From IMG/VR virus record IMGVR_UViG_3300036828_000142, positions 1-64,000 of that record: DNA of 64,000 nucleotides; one strand, 5' to 3'. The DNA is from a virus. A model generated the notes under the pieces. It was not told the origin of the DNA, ran no database searches, and saw only the letters and a list, made by a program, of their open reading frames with translations. Below are positions 21,307 through 30,403 of the stretch, piece by piece. How positions within the stretch are numbered: the stretch's first letter is position 1; every line of letters starts with the position of its first letter. Made by a program: the position numbers and the translations under genes.

Positions 21307-21504
21307 ATGGACCCCGAGCACATCGACGCGATGCTCAGCGAGGGCATCGCGTTCGACACCATCGAGGATCGGATCGAGCAGACGCGGCTGCACGCCGAAG
21401 CCAAGAGCGCGCTCTGGCTCTATGCCTGGGTGGGGCTGGATCGTGACGAGCAGCGCGAGGTCGTGCGCGAGATGCTTGCGGTTCTCTCCGCCGACTTGTC
21501 CTAA
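21307..21504 (+). CDS. Small helical protein (IED.I....L..EAKSALWLYAW)
   Basis: Motif recalled from Solirubrobacterales hypothetical proteins. Confidence 0.6.
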   Translation: MDPEHIDAMLSEGIAFDTIEDRIEQTRLHAEAKSALWLYAWVGLDRDEQREVVREMLAVLSADLS

Positions 21505-21567
21505 CACGCATCGTGCGCTATGATGTAGGTACAGCCAGTTGGCTGGATTCCCGACCGAGGAGACACG

Positions 21568-23358
21568 ATGAGCACCACCACTACCGAGCGCGTTGTCAGC
21601 GCCGCCTACATCGACCAAGCCTCAGCTTCGCGCAAGCGGACTCCGGACTGGCTGGTGACGGTCAAGCAGGGCTCGACCGTTCAGACCCACCGCTTCCACG
21701 ACGAAGACAAGGCCAAGGCGTTCGCCGCCGGTGGCGCGAAATGAGCGCCTACACGACGCGCATCCCCACGGCCGTGTTCGAGCGTTTGCCGATGGTGATG
21801 AAAAACCACCAGAACGGCGACCCGTTCGACGTTCGCATCCAGGCGTTTCCGGGCGACGACGGCGAGTCGATGTTCTCCATCGACGTTTACACCAACGCGG
21901 TGACCGTCGATCCAAATGATCGTCGCCAGAGGTCGTATGTGGAGGCCAAGCGCACGAGCTACTTCTTCAATGAGGACGGCGGCTTCGATGGCGAGCCGCA
22001 AGTCACGACCACGAGGTACCAGGGATGAGCGCCACCCGCCAACAGCCCAACGCCGCGCACACCAACCCGCGTGTGCTGAACCCGGACACCATCGACCACA
22101 GCGCCGTCTACCGTGCGCTGACAGCCGACCGGGGCAAGTACAACGCCTCCGAGCAGGAGCTGCACGAGCACTACGCGAGCAACGCCCGCGCATGCGGCCA
22201 CGCTGACGATTGTCTGAAGGTGACGTTGCCGGTCAACTGGCCAACGCTGTGGGGCAAGCCGCTCTGCACGTGCGGTCGCGGCGAGCCGTGGATTCACCCA
22301 CGCGACCGGGCGGCGATTGCGATATGAGCGCCGAGTTCTGGGTAGCTGACGCGCCTGTCGTGTACAGGGTTCGCAAGACCGAGGGCGGCGATATGCGCGG
22401 CCCCGGCGTTCTAGTCGTCCGCTGCGAAGACAGCGACGACAACTGTCAGCAGGCGCTGCTGGAGATCCAGCACGACGGCGACACGCTGCGGCTCGTCCAG
22501 TTCGACGGTGACCTCGACGCAAGGAAGGTGATCGAGGTCGATCAGTCCGCGATGCGCTACGCCAACCGACCAGTCAGGATTTGGCGGCGCATCTGGGACG
22601 TGGCGATGGGAGGAACCGATGCCTGACTTCCACTACGACCAGGAACCCGACGCGCCGTTTGCTGGTGCTGGCCAGCCGCTGTTCTTCAAGCGCGTGTGGG
22701 GCGGGAACCCGCAGGAGCCATTCGAGCGCGACGGGATCGTGTACGTCTCGATGGCTCCTGCTGAGCCCGTCACGATCTACGGGTACAGCATCCGCCTGAC
22801 TGGCGAAGATGCCGACGCGGCACGCTACGCCTGGTCGATGCGCGAGAGCTTCTGCTCGTGGTGCTACTCCACGATGGAGCCGCGCGGCGAACCGGGGTTC
22901 GTGCCGCTCGCCGAGGTGCAGGAAATCACCCGCGACGAGTTCGAGGCAGCCGCTGCCGAAAGGTGGATGACGTGAGAGAGCACTACCAGCTTGCCCGCGA
23001 GCCGATCCCCGCCGACCGGTGGGTGGACGTGTACGGGTGGAGCATCGAGGAAGCCGCGAACATGGACGGCCAGTCCAGTGAGGTGCGGCTCTACCACGTC
23101 GCCGCTGACGGCACCAAACGCGACCTCGCGCCCAACAAGGACGGCGGCTTCGAGTTCGGCTACGGCGGCACAGGACCGCACGAGAGCGCCCGCGCCATCG
23201 TCGGCGACATTCAGGCCACCGAGCCTGAGCTTTCGCCTCAGGACCTGCGAGAGACGGTCCCAGAGGTGTTTGAGGATGTCCACGACGCCGAGCAGGTGAT
23301 CGTGTACCTGACGGACGTGCGGATGCGGCTGGGTCTAGACCCCGAAGCTGACGGGTAG
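21568..23358 (+). CDS. Cassette of small genes (21568-21744 absent from ORF track, 21741-22028, 22025-22327, 22324-22626, 22619-22975, 22972-23358 DUF6166-like)
   Basis: Operator at 21502-21520, GACCGAGGAG RBS, ATGA coupling; GFEFGYGGTGP motif in the last gene. Confidence 0.7.
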
Positions 23359-23374
23359 CGCACGACGGGCGCTA
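23356..23374. promoter_or_regulatory. Perfect 19-bp operator palindrome plus -10 TATACT
   Basis: TAGCGC-ACGACGG-GCGCTA-TACT. Confidence 0.8.
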
Positions 23375-23412
23375 TACTCGCGCCTGTGCAATCCCGACCC
23401 GAGGAAGGTCCC

Positions 23413-23886
23413 ATGTCCGAAGACAACGGCAGCGTTCCGCTGCCGCAGGCGAGCGAGATCGCCTTGCAGCTACACGCGCTGGTCACCGACCGGCAAAACG
23501 CGCTTGCGCAACATGACCTCGTGCGCGACAAGATCGTCACCGAGCTACGCACCTACGAGAAGACGCTGGCAGCGCTCACTGGGGAGCCGAAGAAAGCGGG
23601 GAGGCCAAAGGCGAAGGCGGCGACCGAGAGCACCGCGAAGAAAGTCGGTGACGAGCGTCTGGCTGCCATCGAGCAGCTTGTACGCGAATACGCCGAAGAT
23701 CACGAGGAGTTCCGCCAAGTGGATCTGCGCAGCGCGTACGGCACGTTGCCGGACGGCGGCTCGTTCACCTCCGGCATGTCAGCCATCGCGTTCGAGGAAC
23801 TGCGCCAGCGCAACGTGCTGCGCGTCGCGAGGGTTGACGGCAACTCGAAGTTCTACCGGCTGACCCGCGAAGCGCTGAAGCCATGA
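23413..23886 (+). CDS. Putative DNA-binding protein (coiled coil, basic linker, winged-helix-like C-terminus)
   Basis: KKAGRPK linker; AFEELRQRNVLRVARVDGNSKFYRL wing. Confidence 0.6.
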   Translation: MSEDNGSVPLPQASEIALQLHALVTDRQNALAQHDLVRDKIVTELRTYEKTLAALTGEPKKAGRPKAKAATESTAKKVGDERLAAIEQLVREYAEDHEEFRQVDLRSAYGTLPDGGSFTSGMSAIAFEELRQRNVLRVARVDGNSKFYRLTREALKP

Positions 23887-24350
23887 CCGCCTCACGAAAC
23901 GGTCGCGTTGACGCGAGCCTGTTCGGTATCTCCGACTCCGAGATCCTCGGGATCGTGGACGACCTCGCCGACGAGAACGGGTGGACGGCAACCTACGACG
24001 TGCGCGTTCAGCTCGGCGAGAAGATGGACCAGTCCGACCGCAAGTCCGGGATCGGCCCGCGTCTCGCGTGGCTGCGCCGGTACGGGTGGCTGGAGCGTGG
24101 TGAGCGGGAGAAGATCGAGCAGTCTGACGGGACGTGGGTGTGGACGCAGCGGTGGCGGCTGTCGGCGATGGGCCACGCGCTGCTGGACAACCCCGACCTC
24201 AGCAAGGCCATCGAGTCTGCGCTCTCCAAGCTGAACCCGGCGCAGCGTCTGGCGCTCACCCGCGAACTGGGTGACGCTGGTAACACGACCGCCCCGGAGA
24301 TCCGCGCTGCGCTGCGCCGCCAGTGGCAACGCTCGATGCACCTGCGATGA
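23883..24350 (+). CDS. Putative winged-helix protein
   Basis: IGPRLAWLRRYGWLER...WRLSAMG. Confidence 0.55.
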   Translation: MTASRNGRVDASLFGISDSEILGIVDDLADENGWTATYDVRVQLGEKMDQSDRKSGIGPRLAWLRRYGWLERGEREKIEQSDGTWVWTQRWRLSAMGHALLDNPDLSKAIESALSKLNPAQRLALTRELGDAGNTTAPEIRAALRRQWQRSMHLR

Positions 24351-24957
24351 GTTCGGACCCGACCGTCAGAGCCGACCGGCTGCTCGCGACACGAGCCCAC
24401 CTCCACCGCAACCACTGGAAGCAGGTGACGAAGGGCGTGGACGGGCTCGGCTCGTGGATTCACCGGCCCCGCAAGCTCGGAATGATCCACTCGGTTGCCT
24501 ACGAGATGGACGGCGAGCTGTGGGAGCACGTGTCGCTGTCACGCGAGGACGGGAAGATGCCGACGTGGGAGCAGACACGAGACGTTTTCCACGAGGTGTG
24601 CGGCCCGAACGCGCTCGGGATCATCGTGGTCCCCCCGAAAGAGGAACACGTCAACATCGCCGAGGTTGCGCACATCTGGCACTGCCTGACTCGTCGCCCG
24701 CTGCCGGACTTCACGCGCGGGCTCGGGACGATCTGATCATGCAGACATGGCATATACGCATATCCAGGCGCAGGCGCATGTCCAAGCGCGACCGCAACCG
24801 CGAACGTGAACTGCTGCTGGACATCGCCCGAGAGGCCGAGTGGGTCGCACGCGGGCGGGCGATCTCCCGGCAGGCGTCGTACAACTGCATCCCCGACCTG
24901 CTGACGGCCTTCGCTGCATATCGGGCGTGGCGTGACAATCTGAGCCATCAAACGTAG
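24347..24957 (+). CDS. Conserved phage hypothetical (24347-24736, WEHVS.S...PTW motif) and ORF 24739-24957
   Basis: Motif recurrent in phages; coupled ORFs. Confidence 0.65.
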
Positions 24958-25138
24958 GCCGCGTCTCTGGCTGATCCTCGCCGCGCCGAGCATGCTGCTC
25001 GCGGTGCTGTTTGCTGTCCGTCTCGCGTTCCTCTGGGCTGCTGTTCTCGCGGTCCTGGCTGTCGCTCTGGTGATGCGCGCGTGGGAGGAGCGCAATCCGC
25101 CTGACGAATAGCTCGCCAGCGGCCATACGCTGTGTGGC

Positions 25139-26920
25139 GTGCCGCTGATCGCGCCCAGACGAACGCAGCCGCCCAAGCCACAGCAGCCGCAGAACCGTGG
25201 CGGCGGCACCGCAGGCGGGCAGTTCGCAGCGCTGCACCCGCGTGGGCGTGGTGGGAAGTGGATCGCCAAGCCCGGCGACGGGTACGGTCCTCAAGGTCCG
25301 CATCAGACGACGGCGCAGCTTCAGCAACGACTGAACCAGCTCGGGTTCCACGTGCCGATAGACGGCAAGTACGGACCAGCGACCGCGAACGCGGTTCAGA
25401 CCTTCCAAAAGCGCTACGGGCTGAGTCCGAGCAAGGGCGTGGATGCCGCGACGATGGTGTTCTTGCAGAACCCACCGGCGCAAACGGTCGCGCAGATCCA
25501 GAAGTCAAAGGCCACCTCGAAGTCGTCCTCGAAGTCCACCAGGCGCGTGAGTGCCAGAACCGCCAGCGCGGGCACCCCGAGCACGCGCACGCCGGGCACG
25601 AGCACGTCGAGCAGCCGCTCAACGAAGACGATCACTCCAGCCCAAGCCGCCCAGCAGCTCACCGTCAGCGCCGACACGAAGGCCGCGATCAAGGCCGAGG
25701 TCGCTGCCGCTTCCGAAACGCACCAGGCTGGGACGGACACGAACGTCAAGACCGCCCAGCACGACGCTGCGCAGGCGCAGGGCGACGCCGCCCGCGCTCA
25801 GAAGCTCGCCAACGCGGCCAAGGCCGCAGCAGTCGGCGGCACTGCCCAATCGAAGAAGACCGCCAAATCAGCAGAGCGTGTGGCCAAGACCGCTCAGAAA
25901 GACGCGAAAGGAGCCATCAAGGCCGTGAAAGCGCTCAAGCAGCAGATAGCGAAGCAGAAGGCCGCGCGGATCGCGGCCGACCAGGCGCTGATGGCAGGCG
26001 AGTACGCGGGGCTGGCCACCGGGAAGCCGCACAAGCCGAGCGGAGGCAGCAAGACGATGAAGCTGACGGCACCAAAGAAGGGCAGCAAAGCGCCATCGCG
26101 GACGGGCAAGGTACAGGTCGCGACCTCTGCCGAGAACTCAACCGAGCGGCCCGAGTTGGAGGAAGGCACCTGGACCGGCGGCAACGGTGTCGCTGACACG
26201 ACCACCGTTGCGTTCGGGTACGGCGGCGACACGTCAATGTCAATCCCTGACGGGCGTGAGCAGACACCCGACAGTGACCGGCCGATCTGGACGCGATCTG
26301 GTATCCGCCTGCTGCCGAGCTACACGATCCCTGATGGGCGCACCGAGGCTTCCGTGCCACCGGGCACGAACTTCACGATCCCTGACGGGCGAAACGTGCC
26401 GGAGGCCCTGGCCGTCCAGCTAATCGAGGCTGTCGCCGCGCGCAAAGCAGCCACGACCGGCCAGGAGTTCACCAGGGCGTTCGCACGCGAGCGTGTGCTT
26501 CGCGCCAGGCTGACCGAGGGGCTGTGGGACGAAGCGAAGCATCCGCGCGGCCGGGGTGGAAAGTGGATGGAGGTGCTGAACAAGCTGATGGGCGGCACTG
26601 GAGCCCCGTCGAGGCTGCACGTCCGGCATCTGGAGGACAGGGGCGACGACTACCTGAACGCTCGCCTGCACCCCAGTAGTGATGCGACCGAGAGCGAGCG
26701 CAAGGCGATCCGGGCGATCCAGGCGAGACGCCGGTCGGTTGCGGGCAGAGTTCGAGCGCTGCCGACCGGAATGACCAGCGCAGCGCGGCCACTGTCCCAA
26801 GCCCAACGACCCCTCTCCCAAGTCCAGCGTCCGCTGTCGCAGGTGCAGAGGCCGCTGTCGAAGATCCAGCGTCCGCCGACGCAGCGGTCGCTCGCGAGCA
26901 TCCAGAAGCCGTTGTACTGA
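25139..26920 (+). CDS. Putative virion head-associated polyprotein with a peptidoglycan-binding domain and two HPRGRGGK motifs
   Basis: LQQRLNQLGF..IDGKYGPATANAV..FQ...GL..GV PG_binding_1 motif; Lys/Ala-rich linker; probably leaderless after TACGCT. Confidence 0.75.
   Translation: MPLIAPRRTQPPKPQQPQNRGGGTAGGQFAALHPRGRGGKWIAKPGDGYGPQGPHQTTAQLQQRLNQLGFHVPIDGKYGPATANAVQTFQKRYGLSPSKGVDAATMVFLQNPPAQTVAQIQKSKATSKSSSKSTRRVSARTASAGTPSTRTPGTSTSSSRSTKTITPAQAAQQLTVSADTKAAIKAEVAAASETHQAGTDTNVKTAQHDAAQAQGDAARAQKLANAAKAAAVGGTAQSKKTAKSAERVAKTAQKDAKGAIKAVKALKQQIAKQKAARIAADQALMAGEYAGLATGKPHKPSGGSKTMKLTAPKKGSKAPSRTGKVQVATSAENSTERPELEEGTWTGGNGVADTTTVAFGYGGDTSMSIPDGREQTPDSDRPIWTRSGIRLLPSYTIPDGRTEASVPPGTNFTIPDGRNVPEALAVQLIEAVAARKAATTGQEFTRAFARERVLRARLTEGLWDEAKHPRGRGGKWMEVLNKLMGGTGAPSRLHVRHLEDRGDDYLNARLHPSSDATESERKAIRAIQARRRSVAGRVRALPTGMTSAARPLSQAQRPLSQVQRPLSQVQRPLSKIQRPPTQRSLASIQKPLY
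26785..26905 (+). repeat. In-frame 21-nt tandem repeat encoding RPLSQ[AV]Q-like heptads
   Basis: RPLSQAQ-RPLSQVQ-RPLSQVQ-RPLSKIQ-RPPTQ-RSLASIQ. Confidence 0.8.
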
Positions 26921-26929
26921 GAGGAAGCC

Positions 26930-27304
26930 ATGACTGTCGTAGAGCTAGCGCCCGACCCCTGGTACCAGCTTCAGGAGGCCGTAGACACACGGCAGGCATC
27001 CACCGGCATCGAGTTCGTGCGCGCCTACGCACGCGAGCGGGTGCTCCGCCGCCATCTCGAAGAACGAGACGTAAGCACCAAGGAGCGCGCGACGCTGGAG
27101 AAGAAGGGTCACGCGATGCCCGGCGGTCGCTACCCGATCAAACACGTCGGCGACCTGAAGGCCGCGATCATGGCGTTCGGCCGGGGCAACCCGCCGGACA
27201 AGGCCGCGATCAAGGCGCACATCATCAAGCGCGCGAAGGACCTCGGGCTGACGAAGCTGCTGCCAGCGACGTGGGGTGCCGCCGCTGCTACCGCTACTGC
27301 CTGA
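26930..27304 (+). CDS. Putative head-associated protein (AMPGGRYPI...HIIKRA domain)
   Basis: Domain recalled from actinophage head/maturation proteins; GAGGA RBS. Confidence 0.7.
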   Translation: MTVVELAPDPWYQLQEAVDTRQASTGIEFVRAYARERVLRRHLEERDVSTKERATLEKKGHAMPGGRYPIKHVGDLKAAIMAFGRGNPPDKAAIKAHIIKRAKDLGLTKLLPATWGAAAATATA

Positions 27305-27315
27305 CCATGTGATGA

Positions 27316-28401
27316 ATGATCTTGGCCGCTATCAGCGACCCGACGCTGCTGGGGCTCGCCGCGATTGTCACTGCTCTCGGCGGGGTGGCTTCGACCGTTA
27401 TGGCGTTACGCAGGACCCGCAGCGAGGATCACGAAGCGTGCTTGGAGCACCTCAAGGAAGCTCGCGCCGAGGCCGAGGCGTATGCGCAGGAGCTGCACAA
27501 GCTGAAGATGGACAAGCTGGACAAGGAGGGGGATGAGGGCTAGCCGCATATTTGCTGCGACCGGCGGCGCGGCGTTCCTGTCCGCAGGCGGGCTCGCAAC
27601 GGCCGCAGCAGTGTCAAGCTCCGCACCGCCGCCGGTCAAGACGGTGACGGTGAGCCTGTCGCCTGGGCCACGCGGACCGCGCGGTGCGACGGGACCGGCG
27701 GGACACACTGGCGCAACGGGACATTCTGGCGCGACCGGCGCAGCCGGGACGACCGGTGCGACCGGGCCGCAGGGTTTGCAAGGTCCGCAGGGCCTGAAGG
27801 GCGACACGGGTGCGACTGGTCCAACTGGCCCTGGTGGAACTGGCAGTGGTGCAACTGGTCCAACGGGCCCGGCTGGTGCTACCGGTCCGCAGGGTGCGAC
27901 TGGTCCTGCTGGTGCCACGGGACCACAAGGACCTGCTGGCAGCTTCTCGTGTTACACGGGCTACTCGCCGGGCATCCTGGTGATCAACCAGCCGGGTGGG
28001 AAGGTGAGGATCTATACGTGCATCGAGGACGGCGCGGGTCGTCGGTGAGTGGTGATCGAGCATGTCCGAACCGTCATCCTGCTCGTTGCTGCTGTCGGCT
28101 GCCTGGTGTACGCATTCATCCCACCGGGCAACCCGCAGTGGATCGGCACCGCCGGGGCTCTGCTGGGTGGTGAGGCGCTTGCGCGAGCCCGGCACGCATG
28201 AGCAAGAAGGCGTTCCACTGGGTGCTGCTCGGCTACGTGATCCTCGCGGTCGGCTTCGGGATTGTCGCCGGGCTCGTTGTCTCGGAGATTCACCGTCTCG
28301 ACGCGACACAGAAGAACCTGCGCGCGCTGGCGTGCCAGCTCGACCGGCATGTCAACGCCGACGAGCGGGTAATGCCGCCCGACGACCTGTGTCACCGCTG
28401 A
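27316..28401 (+). CDS. Membrane-protein cluster, holin/lysis-like (27316-27543, 27533-28048 collagen-containing, 28052-28201, 28198-28401)
   Basis: Each has an N-terminal or paired hydrophobic segment; coupled ORFs. Confidence 0.6.
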
Positions 28402-28405
28402 GGCC

Positions 28406-30064
28406 ATGAGACGCATCCGCCGCCTGCGCGAGGCCGGGTTCACCGAGCGCCTGCACCCACGTGGGCGCGGCGGGAAGTTCGAGGACGTGCTCGGGAAGCT
28501 GGAGCACGAACCGACCGGGCCGAGGCTGCTCGCGCTCCCGAAGCCCGAGCAGGTCAAACGCGAGGCCGCAGCCCCGAAGTCGCTGTTGCCGGGCGACAAG
28601 CCGACGATGTTCGAGTCGCACGTCTGCTCGAAGTGCGGTGGCGAGGGCAAGATTTGGACGTACTCGAACGTGATGGGCGGCACCTGCTTCAAGTGCGGTG
28701 GTCGTGGCCGGACGCTGACCCCGCGCGGGCAGAAGGCGCAGGCGCACTACCGCGATCTGCTGTCCACCCGCGCTGACGAGCTGAAGCCCGGCAACAAGAT
28801 TTGGGACAGCGGCGTGCCGGGGTTCACCAGCTCCGGTTGGAAGACGGTGCAGAGCGTCACTCCCAACAGCGACGGCACCTTCAACGTCAAGGCCGAGGGC
28901 GGTGGGCTCACGAACGCGCCTGCTGGCAAGAAGTGGCGGACGTTGCACACGGCGGAGGAGAAGAAGGTCGCGGCGGACGCAGCGAAGGCGTTCCAGGCGA
29001 CGCTGCCGGGCCCGAAACCCAAGAAGCCCAAGCCGAAGGCATCCACAAAACCCAAGAAGCCGCCAGCGCCGAAACCGCCGACCGCGAAGCAGATGGACCT
29101 CGTCAAGAAGCTCGCGACCGAGCATGGCCACGACGTTCCGGAGAGCATGTCGCGGGCCGAGGCGTCGCAGTTCATCGACACGCACCTGGCGCTCCCGAAA
29201 CCTGGCGCGGCACCGAAGGCCGACGTGATCGAGGGCGAGGCGACCAACGTCAAGGGGAAGCTGATCTCCGCCCGGTACAAGGAAGGTCCGTACGGCGCGC
29301 AGCCGAAGGCGCTGATCGAGGATGAGCGCGGGTTCCGGGTGTACGGCACGCTCCCGGCGAAGCTCGGCGACGAGCTATCGAAGCGGGCTGCCGCGACCGG
29401 CGATCCGAACTGGGAGAACTACCTGAAGGCGCACCCGACCGGCATCCACCTGACGGGGGCTACGAAGAAGTCGCAGAAGGACTCGGCGTTCGGGTTCTAC
29501 TCCAAACCGAAGAACGCTGGGTTCCACGAGATCCAGGAGGCAGCCATGCCGTATAGCTTGCGAGGCACGACCGTGATCCGCGAGGACACTGGCCAGGTCG
29601 TCAAGAAGCACCCGGACGAAGCGCGGGCACTGGCCCACCTGCGCGCTCTGAAGGCCAACGTCGAGAGCCAGGAGGCCGTGTGGCGTGCGCTCGATGAGCA
29701 CGCGCAGGAGTGGTTGCCAACCGAGGAGCAGCTCGCGCTCCACGAGTCCGTTCAGACCGCTGCGCTGTCCTCCACACCGTCACCGTTCTCCACGAGCACC
29801 ACAAGCAACTGGATCGCCCGCGTCGGAGGACTACCGGCATATATCCAGAACGTCGCGAAGGGCATCATCAAGTCGGGCAAGACCGAATCCCAGGCGATCC
29901 AGATGGCGATTGGCGTGATGAAGAACTGGGCCAGCGGACGCGGCAAGGTCAGCCCCGAGGTGCGCGCCGCCGCAGCGAAGGCGCTCGCCCAGTGGGAAGC
30001 GAAGAAGGCCGCGTCGCACGCCAAGACGGCGGCGAAGGCAGCGGTCGCAGCAGCCAAGTCCTAG
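28406..30064 (+). CDS. Putative head-packaged multidomain protein (HPRG motif, CxxCxGxG zinc finger, OB-fold-like, two head-associated small domains)
   Basis: LHPRGRGGKF; CSKCGGEG..CFKCGGRG; MPYSL..H...A..HLRAL; NWIARVGGLPAYI. Confidence 0.7.
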   Translation: MRRIRRLREAGFTERLHPRGRGGKFEDVLGKLEHEPTGPRLLALPKPEQVKREAAAPKSLLPGDKPTMFESHVCSKCGGEGKIWTYSNVMGGTCFKCGGRGRTLTPRGQKAQAHYRDLLSTRADELKPGNKIWDSGVPGFTSSGWKTVQSVTPNSDGTFNVKAEGGGLTNAPAGKKWRTLHTAEEKKVAADAAKAFQATLPGPKPKKPKPKASTKPKKPPAPKPPTAKQMDLVKKLATEHGHDVPESMSRAEASQFIDTHLALPKPGAAPKADVIEGEATNVKGKLISARYKEGPYGAQPKALIEDERGFRVYGTLPAKLGDELSKRAAATGDPNWENYLKAHPTGIHLTGATKKSQKDSAFGFYSKPKNAGFHEIQEAAMPYSLRGTTVIREDTGQVVKKHPDEARALAHLRALKANVESQEAVWRALDEHAQEWLPTEEQLALHESVQTAALSSTPSPFSTSTTSNWIARVGGLPAYIQNVAKGIIKSGKTESQAIQMAIGVMKNWASGRGKVSPEVRAAAAKALAQWEAKKAASHAKTAAKAAVAAAKS

Positions 30065-30080
30065 CGCACGACCTGCGCTA
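30062..30080. promoter_or_regulatory. Perfect operator palindrome plus -10 TATGAT
   Basis: TAGCGC-ACGACCT-GCGCTA-TGAT. Confidence 0.8.
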
Positions 30081-30156
30081 TGATGTAGGGCGGTTGTGGT
30101 TCGGGGTGGGTACCCAACGGGCGGCACCCCGATCAACCACAACCAAGGGAGGCACG

Positions 30157-30309
30157 ATGACCCTGAGGGTCTACTACGTGCTGGCATCCGGCCGCACGAA
30201 GGTCTACCACGGACCGAGCTGCTTGTGCTTGAGAATGCACGGGCCGTACAACGGGACGGTCACGCAGCCACCGGGTCTGCGGGCCTGCGGCTACTGCGGC
30301 GGCAAGTAG
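30157..30309 (+). CDS. Small metal-binding protein (YH...C...C..C, Ada-like)
   Basis: GGGAGG RBS; own promoter and terminator. Confidence 0.65.
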   Translation: MTLRVYYVLASGRTKVYHGPSCLCLRMHGPYNGTVTQPPGLRACGYCGGK

Positions 30310-30315
30310 CGCAAG

Positions 30316-30337
30316 GCGGGGGTCCTCGGACCCCCGC
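30316..30337 (+). terminator. Hairpin terminator
   Basis: GCGGGGGTCC-TC-GGACCCCCGC. Confidence 0.7.
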
Positions 30338-30403
30338 TAAGCGCACGATCTGTGCTAGTATTGTTGGTGCGGGCAGGTGTCCGCATCGACCGAGGAGCAG
30401 AGC

